NCBI RefSeq assembly: GCF_000021865.1
Contig: NC_014034.1
Coordinates: 2,130,001-2,162,000, forward strand
Reading direction: 5' to 3'
Length of the DNA stretch: 32,000 nucleotides
DNA from: Rhodobacter capsulatus SB 1003
Lineage (GTDB): Bacteria; Pseudomonadota; Alphaproteobacteria; Rhodobacterales; Rhodobacteraceae
The position numbers and the translations under genes were made by a program. Below the pieces are notes generated by a model. It had not been told where the DNA came from, ran no database searches, and was given only the letters and a program-made list of their open reading frames with translations. Positions 7,567 to 16,430 of the stretch are shown here, piece by piece. The number at the start of each line of letters is the position of its first letter. Within the stretch, counting starts at the first letter, position 1.

Positions 7567-8325
7567 ATGGGCATGAAGCTGATCAGCGGGCCGCGGGCAC
7601 AGGGCGAGGTGATGCTGCCGCTGTCGGCGGGGCAGTTCTCAACGCGGGGAGGATCTGCGATGGTTGAGGCATTCCATGGGGCCGGGATACAGCGCGCCGC
7701 GCTCTTCAAGCCGGTGGGCGCCGAGGAGATCCGCGACTATCCGCTGTCGAACGAAGACCGGCTCGACAGCCATTACTTCGTTCCCTGGGAACGGCGGCGC
7801 TGGCTGAACTCCGACATGCGCTTGCGCGGCACGGCCGAATGCCGGGCGCTTTATCTGGATCTGATCTTCATCTCCTATGACCAGTCGCCGGTCGGCACGC
7901 TGCCGATCGACACCGACATTCTGGCGCGGCTGGTGATGGTCGATCCGGTGCATATGCGGGCGCTGTGCAGCCTGCCCTACGGGCCCCTGCACCGCTGGGA
8001 ACGCTGCCGCTGCGATGGCGGCGAGATCCGGTTGATGCATCCGATGGTGCTGCGCACCCTGACCGAAGCGATCGCGCGCAAGGAAGACAACCGCGCGAAG
8101 AACGAGGCGGCCAATGCCGCCAAGCGCCGCCAGCGGCTGCGGATCACGATCTCCGGCTATGCGGCGGATCTGGCCAAAAATGATGCGGCGCTGCTGTTCA
8201 TGGATGAATGGCTGGTGAGCCAGGGCTGCGAGTACCGGTCCTCGGCATGGGTCGAGCGGGCGCTGGCGGCCTGGTCGGATCACATGCTGGCGCTGACCAT
8301 GCGGGCCAGATCGGACCGGCCATAA
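7567..8325 (+). CDS. DUF1376-like phage replication-region protein
   Basis: ATG behind GGGAGG. HYFVPWERRRWLNSDMRLRGTAECRALYLDLIFISYDQSPVGTLPIDTDILARL resembles the DUF1376 (YdaU-like) pattern found in phage replication modules. Confidence 0.5.
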   Translation: MGMKLISGPRAQGEVMLPLSAGQFSTRGGSAMVEAFHGAGIQRAALFKPVGAEEIRDYPLSNEDRLDSHYFVPWERRRWLNSDMRLRGTAECRALYLDLIFISYDQSPVGTLPIDTDILARLVMVDPVHMRALCSLPYGPLHRWERCRCDGGEIRLMHPMVLRTLTEAIARKEDNRAKNEAANAAKRRQRLRITISGYAADLAKNDAALLFMDEWLVSQGCEYRSSAWVERALAAWSDHMLALTMRARSDRP

Positions 8326-8476
8326 CTGTCCAAGATTGTCCGAAAGACAGTGTCAAGACAGTCCCGGACACTCTCGGACTGTCCTGCACGACAGGGAAAA
8401 GGACAAGACATTGAAAGGGATAGAAGCCGATCCTCAGACAGGCCCGGGCGGGCGAACCTGTGGATATGTGGATAAG
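8326..8476. promoter_or_regulatory. Iteron cluster plus DnaA-box pair (candidate phage replication origin)
   Basis: At least 8 copies of a TGTCC/GGACA core in 8326-8405, including AAGACAGT twice 11 bp apart (8344-8351, 8355-8362). TGTGGATAT (8459-8467) and TGTGGATAA (8467-8475) follow; the latter is the exact complement of the DnaA box TTATCCACA. Confidence 0.4.
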
Positions 8477-8498
8477 TGCTGAGAAAGGAGCAGGGAAG

Positions 8499-9080
8499 AT
8501 GACAGGGCAGGAACAGGAACAGGACGGGGGCCGGAGCGAGGCGCGGGTGCGCGCCGAGTTGCTCGGGCCGATGGCCGGGCTGCGGCGCAGCCGCAAGGTG
8601 ACGGCCGGGGACCATGCCCGCGATCAGGCGATGATCGCGCGCAGGCTGTCTTACATGAGCCGACAGAACCTGCGGGGCCTGTGCGAGATGGCGCTCAAAC
8701 AGGCGCGCGGGGTCTGGCCGGAACCGGCGCTCTTGCTGAGCTGGGCCTATGGGCTGGAACAGCCGCCGCCGCAAAGAAGCGATTACGTCGCCTCGTTGCT
8801 GCGCTCGGCGGCGGGGCGCGAGGCGCGCGACGGCGGCTATCTGGTCGAGCTGATGCGGATGGCCCGGCGGCTCGGCCCGCCGCCCGGGCGTTACATGATC
8901 TCGAAGCTGCGCGAAGAGGCCGCCGACAATGCCCGCCGCCGCGCCGGGCTGCGCCAGATGCTGGAACGCGGCAGCAGCCTGCGCCGCGAGGATCACGCCT
9001 GGCTGGAAGCCTATCACGCCGATCTGGCGCTGGCGGAAGCGATGATGAAGAGTTCGGACGCAGAGGATCGCGCGGCATGA
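8499..9080 (+). CDS. Hypothetical phage protein
   Basis: ATG 8499 lies 8 nt after AAGGAG (the track's GTG 8460 start is less likely). 193 aa, no motif recognised. Confidence 0.5.
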   Translation: MTGQEQEQDGGRSEARVRAELLGPMAGLRRSRKVTAGDHARDQAMIARRLSYMSRQNLRGLCEMALKQARGVWPEPALLLSWAYGLEQPPPQRSDYVASLLRSAAGREARDGGYLVELMRMARRLGPPPGRYMISKLREEAADNARRRAGLRQMLERGSSLRREDHAWLEAYHADLALAEAMMKSSDAEDRAA

Positions 9081-9988
9081 GCCTGATGACATTTCCCGGC
9101 GGGCGGGTCGTTCCCGCGACAGTTCTGGCGGATCTGGCGGTGCGCCATCTGACGGGCACGGCCGATCCCGCGGCGATCCGGGCGCTCGGCGCGCGCGATC
9201 GGGCGCAGTTCCGTTTCTGGGTCGAGGTGCTTGATTGGGCGCTGACGACGAAAGCGGTGGCGCGGAGCGAGCTTTGGGCGCGGCGGGGCGGCGCGGGCGG
9301 CCCGCTTGACGTGGTGCTCTCGGTGACGCGGATGCAGGCGCTGGCGCAGGCCTGCGTGATGGCGCGGGCGGCAGCGCCGCAAAGCTGCGGGCCGGAGATC
9401 GCGGCCGCGCCCGCGCGGGGCGCCGCGCTGCGGTTTCAGCCGGTCGCGATGGTGCCGAAGGGCGCGGAGGGCTTCGCGGCGGAACCGGCGGGCTATCGCG
9501 GCCGCGATGCGGTGCGGCGGGCCGATCTCTTCGACAAGATGGACCGGGCGGCGCAGCGGCGCGGTCAGGCGGCGCCGTTCGCGCCCGGGCAGGTTCTGGC
9601 GGGGCGCAGCTATGCGGCGCTGGCCGAATTCGTCTCGGCGGGCGGGGTCAAATGCTCCAGCCTCGAAGGGCGGCTCGGCGGCGGCGGTGCGGGCGGGCTC
9701 GACTGGATCGAACGGCACGCCCAGGCGGCGGCGCGGCTGGCGCGGATGCAGGCGCGGATCGGCCCCGGCGCGGCGCTTTCGGTGCGCCGGGTGCGGCCCT
9801 CGAAACGCGCCGAAGAGGGCGGTGCGCGCACGATCGCGGACCGGGCGCTGGTCGATGGTTTCTGCCTGCAGGGCCAGAGCCTGGGCGATGTGCTGCTGGC
9901 GCATGGTTGGGCGAAGAGCGGGCAGAACATCGAAGTCCTGCGCAAGGCGCTGGCGGCGGCGCTGGAGCGGATGCGACTTTGCACTTGA
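9077..9988 (+). CDS. Hypothetical phage protein (possible C-terminal HTH)
   Basis: ATG 9077 overlaps the upstream stop (ATGA). MSLMTFPGGRVVPATVLADL... The longer 8681 start in the track lies in the shadow of the previous gene. Confidence 0.5.
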   Translation: MSLMTFPGGRVVPATVLADLAVRHLTGTADPAAIRALGARDRAQFRFWVEVLDWALTTKAVARSELWARRGGAGGPLDVVLSVTRMQALAQACVMARAAAPQSCGPEIAAAPARGAALRFQPVAMVPKGAEGFAAEPAGYRGRDAVRRADLFDKMDRAAQRRGQAAPFAPGQVLAGRSYAALAEFVSAGGVKCSSLEGRLGGGGAGGLDWIERHAQAAARLARMQARIGPGAALSVRRVRPSKRAEEGGARTIADRALVDGFCLQGQSLGDVLLAHGWAKSGQNIEVLRKALAAALERMRLCT

Positions 9989-10017
9989 CCAAAACGAATG
10001 CGACTTTGCGCTTGACC
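9971..10017 (+). repeat. 20-bp direct repeat (19/20) with 27-bp period at the early/late boundary
   Basis: ATGCGACTTTGCACTTGACC (9971-9990) and ATGCGACTTTGCGCTTGACC (9998-10017). A partial third copy ATCGCGACTGCG starts at 10023. Confidence 0.8.
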
Positions 10018-10110
10018 GTTAAATCGCGACTGCGTATGGGTTTTGCATGATCTCGAATTGCGCCCGAAGGCTGACCGGCCTTGCGGGCGTTTTTATTTTC
10101 CGGGGACGAC

Positions 10111-10485
10111 ATGGCCATCAGGAAGCTGTGTTCGGCGCCGGGCTGCGAGGCGCTGGCCCTGCCCGGCGGCTCGCGTTGCCCCGAACATCTGGCCCGTGAC
10201 AGGGAACGCAAGGCCAAAGCCGCGCGCTCGGCCGAGGCCACACGCTGGCACGCGCTTTATCACGATCCGCGCTGGCGGCGGGCGGCGGCGGCCTTTCTGG
10301 CGGCGCATCCGCTTTGTGCCGATTGCGCCGAACTGGGCGTGATCGAAGCCGCGCGCGAGGTCGATCACATCACCCGCCACAGGGGCGATGCGCGGGCATT
10401 CTGGGACCGGACGAACTGGCAGCCGCTGTGCAAGCGCTGCCATTCGCGCAAGACCGCGCGCGAGATCTGGCACGGCGCGGACTGA
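10111..10485 (+). CDS. Phage HNH endonuclease (terminase-associated)
   Basis: ATG 10111. MAIRKLCSAPGC...CPEH...HPLCADC...EVDHITRHRGD...NWQPLCKRCHSRKT has cysteine pairs and the H-N-H core. Sits directly upstream of the terminase genes, as in HK97-like cos phages. Confidence 0.85.
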   Translation: MAIRKLCSAPGCEALALPGGSRCPEHLARDRERKAKAARSAEATRWHALYHDPRWRRAAAAFLAAHPLCADCAELGVIEAAREVDHITRHRGDARAFWDRTNWQPLCKRCHSRKTAREIWHGAD

Positions 10486-10607
10486 GCCCCCCGGGGGGTA
10501 TCCGGAAACTGGCCCCCTTCCCCCCGCACCGGCGGGAGGAGATTTGTTTTCGCGGGCGGGAAATTGGGATCAAAAACCCACTTGGAAGAGAGGAACACGA
10601 GGGCGGC

Positions 10608-11048
10608 ATGCGCGGCGCGAAAGGCACTCTGAGGATCGTCACCCCGATGAAGGGCGAAGACGAGGCCATTCCGGCGCCGCCCGACTTCATGAGCGCGGAT
10701 GCGCGCGAAGTCTGGCTGCGGCTTGCCCCGCAGCTGGTCCGGCTCAAGCGGCTCGAGCCGCATTATCACGAGCTCTTCGCGGGCTATTGCGAGGAGGTCG
10801 CAGTCTATATCGCGATGACGCGCGATATCGGCGCGAACGGCGTGACCTATGAGACCGGCGCGGGGCGCAACGGCAACCAGAAGCGCACCCGCCCCGAGGT
10901 GCATCTGCGCAAATTCGCGCTGGAGGGAATGATCCGGCTCGGCGCGCTTTTCGGGCTCTCGCCGATCGACGAGAAGCGGCTCGGCGCGGCAAGCCAGGGC
11001 GATCTCTTCGAGGATCTGATGCGGGCGGTGAATGCGCCATCCGCTTGA
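10608..11048 (+). CDS. terS: Terminase small subunit (P27-like family)
   Basis: ATG 10608 after GAGGAA. 146 aa. PAPPDFMSADAREVWLRLAPQLVRLKRLEPHYHELFAGYCEE fits the P27-type TerS pattern. Overlaps the terL start. Confidence 0.75.
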   Translation: MRGAKGTLRIVTPMKGEDEAIPAPPDFMSADAREVWLRLAPQLVRLKRLEPHYHELFAGYCEEVAVYIAMTRDIGANGVTYETGAGRNGNQKRTRPEVHLRKFALEGMIRLGALFGLSPIDEKRLGAASQGDLFEDLMRAVNAPSA

Positions 11049-12705
11049 TCACCCGGTCTCGCGCTATGCGACCGATGTGATGGAGGGGCGGATCGTGGCG
11101 GGCGAGCTGGTGCGGCTGGCCTGCGCGCGCCATCTGCGCGATCTCGACACCGGCGCCGAACGCGGGCTTTACTTCGACTGCGCCGCCGCCGACCGGATCA
11201 TCAATTTCGCGCGGATGCTGCAACATACGGTCGGCCCGATGGCGGGCAAGCCGCTGGAGCTGCAGCCCTGGCAGGTGTTCCGGCATGGCTCGGTCTTTGG
11301 CTGGAAGCGCGAAGGCTCGGGCGTGCGCCGGTTCCGCTCGACCTATCACCAGGTCGGCAAGAAGAACGGCAAGACCACCGATACCGCGGTGCCAATGCTG
11401 TTCACCCAGCTTCTGGACGGCGAGGCGGCGCCGCAGGGCTTTTGCGCGGCGACGACGCGCGATCAGGCGGGGCTTCTGTTCAAGGAGGTGGGGCGGATCG
11501 TCAAGCGCTCGCCGGTCCTTTGCAGGATGATGCAGACGATGCGCCACGAGATCGTCACGCCGCGGGTGGACGGGGTGATCAAATGCCTCTCGCGCGACGG
11601 CGATTCCAGCGACGGGATCAACCCGAGCTTTCTGGCGCGCGACGAGATGCACCGCTGGACAGACCGCGAACTGGCCGAGACCATCGTCGAGTCGATGATC
11701 GCGCGGGCGCAGCCGATCGACTGGGTGATCACCACCGCGGGCCATGACCGCCATTCGCTCTGCGGCGAGCTGCGCGGCTATGCCGAGGGCGTGCTGCGCG
11801 GCGCGATCACGGACGACGCCTTTTTCGGCTTCGTCGCCGAGCCGCCCGCCGATTGCGACCCGCTCGATCCGGCCTTCTGGCCGATGGGCAATCCGAACCT
11901 CGGCGTGTCGAAGCCGATCGGGAAGATGCACGAGGCGGCCTCGAAAGCGGCGGCGATCGCCGCCTCGATGCCGAACTTCAAGCGCTTCCACTGCAACCTC
12001 TGGACCGAGGGCGAACAGATGTGGATCGCGCGCGAGAGCTGGGATCAGGGCGCGGCCGATGCGCCTTTCGATCCCCGCATGCTTTACGGCCGCGACGCCT
12101 GGGTGGGGGTGGACCTGTCGAACAAGATCGACACCACGGCGATTGTCGTCGCGGTGCCGCTCGACGGGCTGATCTACCTGATCGCCTACACCTTCCTGCC
12201 TGCCGGGCCGAAGGGCTTCATCGTGCGGGCGCAAAAGGAGAAACGGGAATATGTCGCCTGGCGCGACCAGGGCTGGCTGGAGGTGCATACCGGCGGCGCG
12301 ATCGACGAGGCGCAGATCGAGGCGCGGATCGGCTGGATCGCAAAGACCTTCGCGGTGCAGGAGATCGCCTATGATCCCTGGGGCATGAAGTACATGGCCG
12401 ACCGGCTGGCGAAGCGGCGCCTGCCGATGGTCGAGCACCGGCAGGGCTTTGCCAGCATGTCAAACCCGATGAAGCGGGTCGAGGAGCTGGTGGCGCAAAA
12501 CCGCCTCCGCCACGGCGGCAATCCGGTGCTCGCCTGGCAGGTGGGCAATGTGCACCGCGACGAGGACGCGGCCGAGAACATCAAGCCGAACAAGAAACGC
12601 TCGACCGGGCGGATCGATGCCGCGGTGGCGATGATCATGGCGGTGGGACGCGCCGCCGCGGGCGAGCGCAGGCGCAAGCAAGCAAGAGGGGTGGAGACAT
12701 TATGA
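11032..12705 (+). CDS. terL: Terminase large subunit
   Basis: 557 aa with a Walker A-like VGKKNGKTT. Size and position between TerS and portal, plus an ATGA overlap with the portal gene. Confidence 0.9.
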   Translation: MRHPLDHPVSRYATDVMEGRIVAGELVRLACARHLRDLDTGAERGLYFDCAAADRIINFARMLQHTVGPMAGKPLELQPWQVFRHGSVFGWKREGSGVRRFRSTYHQVGKKNGKTTDTAVPMLFTQLLDGEAAPQGFCAATTRDQAGLLFKEVGRIVKRSPVLCRMMQTMRHEIVTPRVDGVIKCLSRDGDSSDGINPSFLARDEMHRWTDRELAETIVESMIARAQPIDWVITTAGHDRHSLCGELRGYAEGVLRGAITDDAFFGFVAEPPADCDPLDPAFWPMGNPNLGVSKPIGKMHEAASKAAAIAASMPNFKRFHCNLWTEGEQMWIARESWDQGAADAPFDPRMLYGRDAWVGVDLSNKIDTTAIVVAVPLDGLIYLIAYTFLPAGPKGFIVRAQKEKREYVAWRDQGWLEVHTGGAIDEAQIEARIGWIAKTFAVQEIAYDPWGMKYMADRLAKRRLPMVEHRQGFASMSNPMKRVEELVAQNRLRHGGNPVLAWQVGNVHRDEDAAENIKPNKKRSTGRIDAAVAMIMAVGRAAAGERRRKQARGVETL

Positions 12706-13982
12706 ACCTGCGCGGTCTTCTGGGCCTTGGCGCCCGTGCCACGCTGCCCGCCGCGGCGCGGATCGAACCGGCGCTGTCGGGAATGGCGGCAGCGGGCGCG
12801 GCCGCCCTGCCCGTCTCGCAGGATGCGGGCTGGCGGGAGTTCGGGATCGCGGGGGCAAGCCGGGTGCGCAGCCTGCCGCGGGTGACGCCCGATCTGGCGC
12901 AAAAGCATGCGACCGTGGTGGCCGCCTGCACGGTGATCGCGGGCGATCTGGCAAAGCTGCCGCTCGGCGTGTTTCAGCGCGCGGGCAGCGGGCGCGAGAT
13001 CCGGCTGCGCGACCATCCGCTCGATCACCTGCTCAATGCCGAGGCCGCGCCCGGCGTGCCCGCCCATGTGATGCGCTTCGCCATCGGCTATGCCTTCACC
13101 CTGCGCGGCCGCGGCTTTGCCTTTGCGCCGCGCGACGGCGCGGGCGAGGTCACGCTGATCGAGGCGATCCGGCCCGATCACTGCACCGTGCTGCGCGCCG
13201 GGCGCGAACGCTATTACGAGTTCGAGGACGGCGCGCAGGTGCTCCGCCGCGTTTCGGGCCGGGTGATGGCGCATCTGCGCTACATGGCCGAGGACGGCTG
13301 GACCGGGCGCAGCCCGATCGAGGTGGCGGCCGAGACGCTGGGCATTGCGCTCGCCCGTCAGGAGGCGGCGGCGCGGCTGGCGGGTGGCAAGGGTTTCAAG
13401 GCGGTGGCGAAGCTTGAGGATTTCGGCGCCGATGACGAGACCTGGCAGCGCGCGCGGGCACGGCTCAAGGCGGCGATGGCCGAGGATGCCGACGAGGGCG
13501 TGCTGATCATCGGACAAAGCGACGACATCAAATCGCTTGGCCTCTCGGCGGCGGATCTGGAGCTGCTGGCCTCGCAGAAGTTCGACCGCGAACAGATCGC
13601 GGCGCTTTACCGGGTGCCGCCCGCCAAGCTGCAGATGCTCGAATACGGGGTGAAGGCGAACGGCGAGCAACAGGCGCTGGATTACAAGGCCGAATGCCTG
13701 ACGCATTGGGGCCGGTTCCTTGAATCGGGTCTGGGCCAGGGGCTGCTCAGCGCGGCCGAGCGCCGCGCCGGGCTGTTCCTGCGCCACCAGTATGACGCGC
13801 TGCTGATGGCAACGACAAAGGAACGCTACGAGGCGATCACCAAGGCGGTGGGCGGGCCGATCCTGACGCCGAACGAGGGGCGCGCGATCGAGGGCAAGGA
13901 CCCGATCGCGGGCGGCGACGTGCTTTATCCGCCGCCGAACATGACCCGCAAGGACGGCGGCGCAACGGACAAGGAAGGCTGA
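12702..13982 (+). CDS. Portal protein, HK97 family
   Basis: 426 aa, directly after terL. Conserved central block (EQIAALYRVPPAKLQM) and synteny. Confidence 0.85.
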   Translation: MNLRGLLGLGARATLPAAARIEPALSGMAAAGAAALPVSQDAGWREFGIAGASRVRSLPRVTPDLAQKHATVVAACTVIAGDLAKLPLGVFQRAGSGREIRLRDHPLDHLLNAEAAPGVPAHVMRFAIGYAFTLRGRGFAFAPRDGAGEVTLIEAIRPDHCTVLRAGRERYYEFEDGAQVLRRVSGRVMAHLRYMAEDGWTGRSPIEVAAETLGIALARQEAAARLAGGKGFKAVAKLEDFGADDETWQRARARLKAAMAEDADEGVLIIGQSDDIKSLGLSAADLELLASQKFDREQIAALYRVPPAKLQMLEYGVKANGEQQALDYKAECLTHWGRFLESGLGQGLLSAAERRAGLFLRHQYDALLMATTKERYEAITKAVGGPILTPNEGRAIEGKDPIAGGDVLYPPPNMTRKDGGATDKEG

Positions 13983-13985
13983 GCG

Positions 13986-14897
13986 ATGGGCAGAACGGTT
14001 CGGGAGGTGCTGGCCGCGGGCGGCGGGCTGATGGCGCTGGACACGGCGCGGGCCGCCGAGCTTCTGGCGACGGCCTGGCCCGCGGCGGCGGCAGCGGCAG
14101 AGCCGCAGGCCTCGGCGGGCGATCTGACGCGCTACACGCGCGAGCCGGGCCTTGCGGTGATGCCGGTGCGCGGCCTGCTGACGCCGAATTCGGCGCTTCT
14201 GGAACGCTATCTGGGCTGGGCGACCTATCGCGGCATCGCCGAGGCCTGCGCCGATCTGGCCGCCGATGATGCGGTGTCGGCGGTGGTGGTCGAGTTCGAC
14301 ACGCCGGGCGGCTACACGCTTGGCATCGAGGATGCGGTGACGGCGCTGCGCGATCTGGCGGCGGTCAAGCCCGTCCATGCGCTGGCCGCGCCGCTCGCCG
14401 CCTCGGCGGGCTATTGGCTGGCCAGCCAGGCGCGCGAGCTGGTGATGACGCCCCGCGCGGCGGTGGGATCGATCGGGGTGGCGGTGACGGCGGCGGCCAA
14501 TGTCGCGCCGGGGGCCGCCTCGGGGGTGCAGCTCTTCGATTTCACCTCGCGCCATGCCCGGGCAAAATGGCCCGATCCGGCGACCGAGGACGGCAAGGCC
14601 GAGATCCGCCGCGGCCTTGACCGCACCGAGGCGCGGTTTCACGCGGCGGTGGCGGAAGGGCGCGGCATCGCGCCCGAAGATCTGGCCGCGCGGCTTTCGG
14701 TCAGCGACGATCCCGAAGATGGCGGCGCGGTCTTCGAGGCCGCCGAGGCGCTGGCCCGCGGGCTCGCCGACCGGATCGAGACCCGCGCTGCCTTTTATGC
14801 CCGGCTGCGGGCCGCCCATGCCCCCGCCCCCCGCAAGGGTCTGGCGCGGGGGGCGCGGGCGCTGGCCGCCGCGGCCCGGGCGAAGGCCCGTCTCTAA
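13986..14897 (+). CDS. Head maturation protease, S49 (SppA/ClpP-fold) family
   Basis: VVVEFDTPGGYTLG and LAASAGYWLASQARELVM are the S49 signature blocks. Lies between the portal and capsid genes. Confidence 0.85.
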   Translation: MGRTVREVLAAGGGLMALDTARAAELLATAWPAAAAAAEPQASAGDLTRYTREPGLAVMPVRGLLTPNSALLERYLGWATYRGIAEACADLAADDAVSAVVVEFDTPGGYTLGIEDAVTALRDLAAVKPVHALAAPLAASAGYWLASQARELVMTPRAAVGSIGVAVTAAANVAPGAASGVQLFDFTSRHARAKWPDPATEDGKAEIRRGLDRTEARFHAAVAEGRGIAPEDLAARLSVSDDPEDGGAVFEAAEALARGLADRIETRAAFYARLRAAHAPAPRKGLARGARALAAAARAKARL

Positions 14898-15029
14898 GAC
14901 ATCCCGGCGCAAGCCCGTCTTCAAGACATCCCGGCCCCGGCCGGTGTGAGCCCGCGCGCGGTGGCGGCGGAGAATGTGGCCGCGCGCCCGGCGCCGCGGC
15001 CTTGGATCCCGGACTCTCGGAAAGGAAGA

Positions 15030-16376
15030 ATGATGACGATCGATGATCTGCGCCGCGCGCGAAAGGCGGCGGCGGACAGCATGTCCGAAAGGGCCGAGGC
15101 GCTGGCCGCGCTGGAAGCGGCCGAGACGCCCGATGCGGCGGCGATCAGCGCGGCGGAAACCGCCTTTGAGACGGCGCAAGGCGCCTTCGAGGCCGCCGAC
15201 AAGCAGGTGAAGCGCGCCGAGGCGGTGGAAGCCGCAAAGGCCGCCGCCGCGGGGCCGGGCGACACCGATCCGGGCGCGACCCCGGGGGCGAACCTTGGGG
15301 CGGGCGCGGCGGCGGGGGCGGGGGCGGCTGCTGTGCCGAAAGACCCCGCCCACAAGGGCATCGAGGTCGGGCTGATCGTCGGCGCGCTCGCGGCGCAAAA
15401 GGGCGATCTGGGCCGCGCCGTCGCCCAGCTGGACCGGGCGGGCTTTGGCCAGGTCGCGGCCGCGCTCAACGCCACCGATGCGACCGCGGGCGGCGTGACG
15501 GTGCCGCGCCCGCTGGCCGCGGATCTGATCGAGATGCTGCGCCCGCGGGTGGTGATGCGCCGCGCCGGGGCGCGGGTGGTGCCGATGCCCGCGGGGCAGC
15601 TGCGCAAGGCGCGTCAGGCGGGCAGCGCCAGCGCGGGCTATGGCGGCGAGACCGTGGCGCCGCGCGCCAGCGCCCCGGGCTTCGATGCCGTCGACCAGAG
15701 CTTCAAGAAGCTGCGCGCGCTGGTGCCGATCTCGAATTCGCTGCTCTCTTATTCCTCGCTGCAGATGGGCGCGCTCGTGCGCGATGATCTGCTCAAGGTG
15801 ATGGGCGCGCGCGAGGATCTGGCCTTCCTGCGCGGCGACGGCACCAACGAGGCGCCCAAGGGCGCGCGCAACTGGATCCCGGCGGGGCATTGGCTGGGCG
15901 CGGTGGCGGGCACCGACGCGCTGGCGATCGACAAGGCGCTGCGCAAGCTCGTCTCGCTGGTCGAGGATGCCAATATCCTGATGGTCACGCCGGGCTGGAT
16001 CATGCGCCCGGGGGCGAAGAACTTCCTGGCCGCGCTGAAGGATCTGCATGGCAATGCGCTTTACCCCTCGATCGACGCGCGCGGCGAGCTGATGGGATTT
16101 CCGATCCACACCACCACCCAGCTGCCCAACAACCTTGGCGCCGGGGCGAACGAGACCGAGGTGATGTTCGCCGATTTCTCCTATCTGGTGATCGGCGAAA
16201 GCGGCCTGTTGCGGATCGCGCAATCGACCGAGGCCGCCTATCTCGACGCCAATGGCGAGATGCAATCGGCCTTTGCCAATGACCAGACGCTGATGCGCGC
16301 CATCGCCGAGCATGATTTTGCCCCCGAACATGAGGTGGCGATCGCCGGGCTGCAGGGCATCGGCTGGGCGCTGTGA
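15030..16376 (+). CDS. Major capsid protein, HK97 family, with N-terminal coiled-coil delta-like domain
   Basis: ATG 15030 after GGAAAGGAAG. MMTIDDLRRARKAAADSMSERAEALAALEAAE... is an A/E-rich scaffold-like N-terminus, followed by a ~300-aa capsid-like body. Confidence 0.85.
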   Translation: MMTIDDLRRARKAAADSMSERAEALAALEAAETPDAAAISAAETAFETAQGAFEAADKQVKRAEAVEAAKAAAAGPGDTDPGATPGANLGAGAAAGAGAAAVPKDPAHKGIEVGLIVGALAAQKGDLGRAVAQLDRAGFGQVAAALNATDATAGGVTVPRPLAADLIEMLRPRVVMRRAGARVVPMPAGQLRKARQAGSASAGYGGETVAPRASAPGFDAVDQSFKKLRALVPISNSLLSYSSLQMGALVRDDLLKVMGAREDLAFLRGDGTNEAPKGARNWIPAGHWLGAVAGTDALAIDKALRKLVSLVEDANILMVTPGWIMRPGAKNFLAALKDLHGNALYPSIDARGELMGFPIHTTTQLPNNLGAGANETEVMFADFSYLVIGESGLLRIAQSTEAAYLDANGEMQSAFANDQTLMRAIAEHDFAPEHEVAIAGLQGIGWAL

Positions 16377-16430
16377 TCCCCCCGGGCCGCGCCCGGTCGC
16401 GGCCCGGTCCCTGATCGGAAAGGAACAAAC

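Noticed and set aside
10744-12438. 564-aa minus-strand ORF. Similar long antisense ORFs occur at 16444..18285, 20725..22251, 22827..23942 and 25617..26915
   Set aside because: Each lies opposite a confidently assigned phage gene (terminase, connector/tail, tape measure, tail tip, endolysin) and has a low-complexity high-GC shadow composition.
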